A stretch of 64,000 nt of DNA from the human T2T-CHM13v2.0 reference genome, Homo sapiens. Positions within the stretch are counted from its first letter, which is position 1. Each line of letters opens with the position of its first letter. A program made the position numbers and the translations under genes. The DNA is taken from the NCBI RefSeq assembly GCF_009914755.1, contig NC_060928.1; one strand, written 5' to 3'. Below, piece after piece: positions 56,901 to 64,000 of the stretch. The notes beneath the pieces were generated by a model that saw only the letters and a program-made list of their open reading frames with translations, was not told where the DNA came from and searched no databases.

Positions 56901-59900
56901 ACAGAAAAAAGCAGGGGTTATAATTCTAGTTTTTGACAAAACAGACTTTAAACCAACAGAGATCAAAAAAGACAAAGAAGGGCATTACATAATGGCAAAG
57001 CATTCAATTCAACAAGATCTAACTCTTCTAAATGCATATGAACCCAATACAGGAGCACCCAGATTTATAAAAGAAGTTGTTAGAGACTTTCAAAGAGACT
57101 TAATCTCCCACACAATAATAGTGGTAGATTTTAATACACCACTGACAATGTTAGACAGATTATTGAAACAGAAAATTAACAAAGATATTCAGGACCTGAA
57201 CTCAACAGTGGATCAAATTGACCTGATAGACATCTACAGGACTTTCCACCCAAAAACAACAGAACACATATTATTTGCACAGCCACATGGGCTATGCTCT
57301 AAAATCAATCACATACTTGGAAGTAAAACACTCCTCAGTCAATGCAAAAGAACTGAAATTATAAAAACAGTCTCTCAGACCACAGTGCAATCAAATTTGA
57401 AATCAAGACTAAGAAATTCACTGAAAACCATACAGTTACATGGAAATTGAATGACCTGCTTCTGAATTACTTTCGGGTAAATAAGGAAATTAAGGCAGAA
57501 ATCAAGAAGTTACCTGAAACTAATGATAACAAAGATACAGCATACCAGAATCTGTGGGACACAGCTAAGTCAGTGTTAAGAGGGATATTTGTAGCACAAA
57601 TGCTCACATCAGAAAGACAGAAAGATCTCAAGTTAACAACCTAACAATACAACTAAAAGAACTAGAGAACCAAGAGCAAACAAATCCCAAAGCTAACAGA
57701 AGACAAGAAATAACCAAAATCAGAATGGAATTGATGGAGACTAAGACATGAAAACCATTCAAAAGATTAACAAATCCAGTACCTGATTTTTTTTAAAACA
57801 TTAATAAAATAGATACACCATTAGCTAGACTAATAAAGAAGAAAAGAGAGAATATTCAAATAAACACAATCAGAAATGACAAAGGGCATATTACCACTGA
57901 CCCCACAGAAATACAAACAACCATTGTAGAATATTATGACCACCTCTATGCACATAAGCTAGAGAATCTAGAAGAAATGAATAAATTCCTGGACACATAC
58001 ACCCTCCAAAGACTGAACCAGGAAGAAATTGAATTCCTGAACAGAACAATAAAGAGCTCTGAAATTGAGGCAGTAATAAATAGCCTACCAACCAAAACCA
58101 AAAAACAAACAAACAAAAAAAACAAAGCCAGAACCAGATGGATTCACAGCTGAGTTCTACCAGATGTACAAAGAAAAGCTGGTACCATACCTACTGAAAC
58201 TATTCCAAAAAATTGAGGATTGTGGAGGAGGGACTCTTCCCTAACTCATTCTATGAGGCCAGTATCATCCTGATACCAAAACCTGGCAGGGACAAACACA
58301 CACAAAAGAAAACTTCAGAACAATATCTCTGATGAACATGTATATTGATGCAAAAGTCCTCAATAAAATACTGGCAAACAAAATCCAGCAGCACATCAAA
58401 ACGCTTATCCACCACAATCAAGTAGGCTTTATTCCTGGGATGCAAGGTTGATTCAACATATGCAAATCAATAAATGAGATCATCACATAAACAGAACTAA
58501 AGAAAAAAACCATATGATTATCTAATAGATGCAGAAAAGGCTTTCCATAAAATTCAGCATCCATTTATGTTAAAAAACTCTCAACAAACTAGGTATTGAA
58601 GGAACATACCTCAAAATAGTAAGAACCGTATAAGACAAATCCACAACTGGCATCATACTGAATGGGCAAAAGCTGGAAGCATTCTCCTTCAAAACTGGCA
58701 CAAGACAAGGATGCCCCCGCTCACCACACCTATTCATCATAGTGCTGGAAGACCTGGCAAGGGCAATTAAGAAGAGAAAGAAATAAAGGGCATCCAAATA
58801 GGAAGCGAGGAAGTCAAACAGTCTCTGTTTGCAGACAACATGATCTAATATCTAGAAAACCCCATCGTCTCAGCCCAAAAGCTTCTTAAGCTGATAAACA
58901 ACTTCAGCAAAATCTCAGGATACAAAATCACTGTGCAAAAATAACTACAATTTCCTATACACCAACAACAGTCAAGCCAAGAGCAAAACAGGAACAAACT
59001 CTTCTTAACAATTGCCACAAAAAGAATAAAATACCTAGGAATACAGCTAACGAGGGAGATGAAAGAACTCTACAACTAAAACTACAATTTCTCAAAGTAA
59101 TTAGACATGACACAAACCAATGGAAAAACATTCTATGCTCATGGATACAAAGAATCAATATCATGAAAATAGCCATACTGCACAAAGCAATTTAGAGATT
59201 CAATGCTATTCCTATGAAACTACCACTGACATTCTTCACAGAACTAGAGAAAACTACTTTAAAATTCATATGAAACAAAAAAAGAGCCTGAATAGCCAAG
59301 GCAATCCTAAGCAAAAAGAACAAAGCTGGAGGCATCATGCTGCCCAACTTCAAACTATACTACAGGGATACAGTAACCAAACAGCATGGTACTAGTACAA
59401 AAACAGACATATAGTCCAATGGAACAGAACAGAGACCTCAGAAATAAGGCCACACCCCTATCACCTGATCTTTGACAAACCTGACAAAAACAAGCAATTG
59501 GGAGAGGGTTCCCTATTTAATAAATGGTGCTGGGATAACTGGCTAGCCATATACATAAGATTGAAACTGGACCCATTCCTTTCACCATATACAAAATTAA
59601 CTCAAGATGGATTAAAGACTTAAATGTAAAACCCAAAACTATAAAAACCCTGGAAGACAATCTAGGCAATACCAATCAGGACACAGGCACAGGCAAAGAT
59701 TTCATGATAAAGACACCAAAAAACAATGTCAACAAAAGCAAAAATTGACAAGTGGGATCTAATTAAACCAAAGAGCTTCTGCACAGCAAAAGAAACTATG
59801 AACAGAGTAAATAGACAACCTACAGAATGGGAGAGAATTTTTGCAAACTATGCATCTGACAAAGGTTTAAAGTTCAGTATCTTCTTACACTTACAAAAAT

Positions 59901-60748
59901 AAAAACAAAATAATCCTATAAAAAATGTGGGCAAAGGACATGAACAGACACTTCTCCAAGACAGACATACACGCAGCCAACAAGTACGTGAATTAAAAGC
60001 TCAATATCACTGATAATTAGGGAATAGAACCATAATAAGATACCATCTCACACTAGTCAGAATGGCTATTATTAAAATGTCAAAAAATAACAGATGCTGG
60101 TAGGTTGTGGAGAAAAAGGAACAGTTACATAGTGTTGGTGGGAGTGTAAATTACTTCAACCATTGTGGAAGACAGTGTGGTGATTCCTTAACGACCTAAA
60201 GACAGAAATATCATTCGACTAAGAAATTCCATTCCCGTGTATACACCCAAAGGAATAAAAATCATTCTGTTATAGACACATGAACCTGTAAGTTCACTGC
60301 AGCACTCTTCACAATAGCAAAGATATGGAATCAACTTAAATGCCCATCAATAATACACTGGATAAAGAAAATGTAGTACATATACACCATGAAATACTAT
60401 GCAACCATGACAAAAAACGAGATCATGTTCTTTGCAGGGACATGGATGAAGCTGGAGGCCATGATCCTTAGTAAGCCAACACAGGAACAGAAAACCAAAT
60501 GCCACATGTCCTCATTTGTAAGTGGGAGCTAAATGATGAGAACACATGGACACATAGAGGGGAATACACACTGGGGCCTTTCGGAGGGTGGAGGGTGGGA
60601 GGTGGGAGAGGATCAGGAAAAACAACTAATAGGCACTAAGCTTAATACCTGCGTGATTAAATAATCTATATAGCAAACCCCCATGACACAAGTTTACCTA
60701 TGCAACAAACCTGCACATGTACCCCTGAACTTAAAATAAAAGTTAAAT
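53953..60748 (+). mobile_element. Near-full-length old primate L1 (L1PA15/16/L1PREC2-like), dead, with most of ORF1 deleted
   Basis: Starts ggaagtggccaagatggccaactagatgcagct, with a ~2.4-kb repeat-containing 5'UTR. ORF2 from about 56708 has many stops and frameshifts. 3'UTR ends acccctgaacttaaaataaaagtt. Possible 7-bp TSD aaaattg at 53946-53952 and 60749-60755. Confidence 0.9.
54540..55600 (+). repeat. Four degenerate ~267-bp tandem units in the old L1 5'UTR
   Basis: The anchor catctttgc recurs at 54601, 54866, 55132 and 55403 (spacings 265, 266, 271). Confidence 0.85.
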
Positions 60749-61349
60749 AAAATTGTCTCAGGAATTAGAGAAAAGGGGAATTTGCCAAATCAATTTTATG
60801 AAGGCTTTGTTGTTCTGATATTCAAACACGACAAAAATTTATTAACAAAAACTGATGCCAAAACAATAAATAACTATTAACAAGTATACACACATACAGA
60901 AACGCAAACTGAGTTTCAGAGTCTACTTGGCATGCTCAAGATCATGCTGCAAATGCCATAGCCAGCAAACAAACATCTATTTCCAATTTTAATTGCCTTC
61001 CATTATAGTGATCACTCCATTAAAGTCAGTGCATCACTGAGTTCTTATTTATTATAAAGGTCTGTTTCTCAATAGCACTTTTGAATGAGAGCTCAGCATT
61101 AGACCCACAAAAGAAAATGGTGAAAAAAATGTTCAGACTGGTCCCACCAAGGTTTACTAGGCCTGCAAAGATAAGACGATAAGACTTGTGGCTTTTTCAT
61201 CAATACTGCTGCACAAAGATAGTATTCAACCTTACTCATATCATCCCATTCCTTATCAGTTGTTACAATGTTATTTTTATTGTATTTAATCTAAATGTCA
61301 GTTTTCTCACTCAACAGAAAACAAAGTCTCCAATTTAAAGAAGAAAATA

Positions 61350-61810
61350 CCGTCAGATTTGGATTCCTTTAAATACCCTCCCCTCCATGTCAAGTTTATC
61401 TTGAAGCATTCTTATCTCATTTCATTCTGTCCCCACTTGTGTCCAAAGTTAATCTCTTCCACCTATACTTTGAGTTCCGTCCCTTCCTGTCTGCTTTGAG
61501 AAATTTCTCTCTTAATTATGTTCACTTATTTTTACCTTATACCTCCCTTCTCTACTGGACCTTTCCTTTCCTTTTACAAACAAATTTAAATTCCTTATCT
61601 TAGAAAAAATATAACCCTTCCCTAGTCTTTTCCGTCATTTAAACTGCTTCCTTCCCCGGTTTCCTCCAAATCTAAAGTGCTTAGCAGAACGGTTTTTACT
61701 GGATGCAATCACTTTATTTTCTCCTACTCACTCCATGACTCATTTTGGTCTGGTTTCAGCCTCGCACTTCCTTCAAGTTCTTCTTTCAAATAACCCAGCT
61801 CTTTAGTACA
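61350..61810 (+). mobile_element. L2 fragment
   Basis: Pyrimidine-rich L2 motifs (aatctcttccacctatactttgagttcc, ctctctactggacctttcc). Confidence 0.5.
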
Positions 61811-62204
61811 ACTCTCTGACTAGGGGCATGATAGTTATATACCCATCCCTTTGTAAGAGATGGCCATCTTATAGCATTCTTTCAAGAGTCAGTGTGTGTC
61901 ATGAAAAAAGTTTTTTTTTTGATGGGTGTTTCCAGCTCCTCCTTAAAAATATTCAGTCACCTGGCTGCAGTAAAATGCCGCCAGCTGGGAGATTCAGGAC
62001 AGAAATGTTTTCACTTCTCTCTCAAGCCTACATGGCTTTCTGAGTACACATTCTACTAATAATTAATCTCCAGTTGTTTCTCCTGGTTAAGTGTTTATCT
62101 CTTAAAGTCCAGCATGCCAAGCTCAGCCAAAGAGCTAGAGATAGCAGAAAAAAATTATAACAGCTTATTTTATCATAAATAGTCCCACAGACAATTTTGG
62201 CAAC

Positions 62205-62610
62205 TATCCCACTCTCCTCAGGCTACCATCACAAAATACCATAGAGTGAGCGGCTTAAACAACAGAAATTTATTTCTTACAGTTCTGGAGGCTGGAAGTC
62301 CAAGATCAAAGTACTAGCTTGATTCAGTTCTCAAGAGGATACTCCTCCTGACTTTCAGATGGCCGTCTTCTCACCGTGTCTTCACATGGCCTTTCTTCTG
62401 TTAGTACATGCAAAGAGAGAAGAGAGAGAGAGAGATCTAGAGTCTTCTTATAAAGTCATTAGTCTTGTCACAAAGGCCCTATTATCAGGACCTAATCTAA
62501 CCCTAACTACTTCCCAAAGACCGCATCTCTAAATACCATCACTTTTGGAATTAGGGTTTCAATGTATGAATTTGAGGGGGTGGGAGGACACAAACATTCA
62601 GTCCATATCA
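62205..62610 (-). mobile_element. MLT1A/MST-type MaLR LTR
   Basis: ggcttaaacaacagaaatttatttcttacagttctggaggctggaagtccaagatcaa...gacacaaacattcagtccatatca. Confidence 0.85.
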
Positions 62611-64000
62611 GCCACCCTATGGTTGGTTCCAAAGTTGTCAAAACTAACAACTGATTTGGGGATCCTACTTTAATTCAGAATTATAAGCTTCCTCATGTGT
62701 TCTGAGTGTGACAGGAGTCATAGGTGGAGATTTCTTGTTACCAGTTTAATTTTAGGCGTATAGTAGCCCCTCCCAGTCTTGATAATACAGAAATACATAT
62801 CTGAAATCATCACAGTCTTGGGTCATGATGAATCTTTGTTAGCTGTGGGTATTCTTGTAGACTTCAGATTAGGACCTGATGCAAGAATAGCAGCTGAAGA
62901 GGTAGATGGCCAGATAAAAATAATGGATTGAACATACACATATCTAATTTCTCTCATTCCTAAAACTACATAAAAATATTTTTAGAAGACATACACTAAA
63001 ATATGTGGAAAAGAGAAAAAATTAACAACATTTTTCGGCAGTTGGTGCCAAAGGAGGAATAAACTAGATTTTCTTATCAGCTTATCCAGATGTAGGACAG
63101 AGGGGAAGGGCAGGGATGGAACTTGAAAGCTATCTGCCCTCAAACATCAATAATAGGATCAGACTGTTTATTAAAATCTAGTATACTGAATTTTGAAATG
63201 GCAAGAATTATACCTAGGAGAGAAAAATCTTATTTTTGGAGACTGTAAATTCTAAGTTGATGAAAAATTTATTTGGGGATATTATCTTCTTGAGATTCTA
63301 TGACTATAATCTTGTATGATAAATGAGGCAACTTAGAAACATTCATTTATCTCAATTCCTACATTAAACAAAGATGGTTTTAAATGCAGACTCTTGAATG
63401 ACTATTATAATTTGCTTTGTACAGCAGCTAATACTGCCTTAGTGTTATAAGAGTTAAATAATAACTAAATAAGATGAACATTTTTACCACTTTTTCAGTT
63501 CCAAATCAAGTGAATTCCCAATAACTTGAGAGATTAAGCAAATGTAAACTGAGTTTCATTTGTATAAAACCAATCTGGGTAATTCAGGAAATGTACTTTG
63601 TAGCTTGCTATGAAGATGTCTTTACATTTGACAGTTCTCAGACATCAGTTGTAACAGAATGTTGTACTTTCAATATTAATTTGACAATGTTTTGAATTAC
63701 TGCTCATTTTTGCATAATATTTTATTTACGCCTGAAAATATACCTTTGTCTCATAATTACAAGATGGTCAGCTAAAAGTTCTGTTTTCAAGTGTACCAAA
63801 CAGTGGCCAATACACTTCCTTCTGAGAAAAAAAGGAATCACACAGATATCCTTAAAATAACACCTTCTAAGTGTTAAAAGTAGAGTCAAGTAAATAAACA
63901 CACATCTTTACTAGTGTCCTTTTAGGGACTTTTTTTATCTTTAAAAAATGTTTTAAATTTAAATATTATGGCTATAATACCAATTGATAGCTGTCTGAAA

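Noticed and set aside
56992-59395. ORFs resembling L1 EN/RT
   Set aside because: They are fragments of a multiply disrupted old L1 ORF2 and not functional CDS.

Overview
This is AT-rich, repeat-dense human DNA (intergenic or deep intronic). I could not identify any host protein-coding gene. The main feature is a full-length young LINE-1 on the minus strand (8382-14435) with an 18-bp target-site duplication (TSD). Its 3'UTR diagnostics (ACG, and G in CTTAGAGTAT) place it in the human-specific L1HS pre-Ta subfamily. ORF1 (338 aa) and the antisense ORF0 (71 aa) are intact. ORF2 carries a 4-bp deletion that splits it near the wrist/C-terminal-domain boundary into a 1074-aa endonuclease (EN) + reverse transcriptase (RT) ORF and a 200-aa C-terminal ORF, joined by an ATGA stop/start overlap. 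Other elements: an old near-full-length L1PA15/16-like copy with a tandemly repeated 5'UTR and most of ORF1 deleted, eight Alus and a FRAM, MER41B and MER57 solo LTRs with 4-bp TSDs, an ERV1 LTR with an env remnant, MaLRs, L2/MIR/MER5 fragments, a 94-bp L1 3' end with a 15-bp TSD, and a 42-nt 5S rRNA retrocopy. There are also candidate CTCF and RFX sites and a few orphan exon-like segments. I found no convincing new biological system; the split-ORF2 L1 is the most testable oddity. Subfamily calls rest on recalled consensus sequences and need RepeatMasker/Dfam confirmation.
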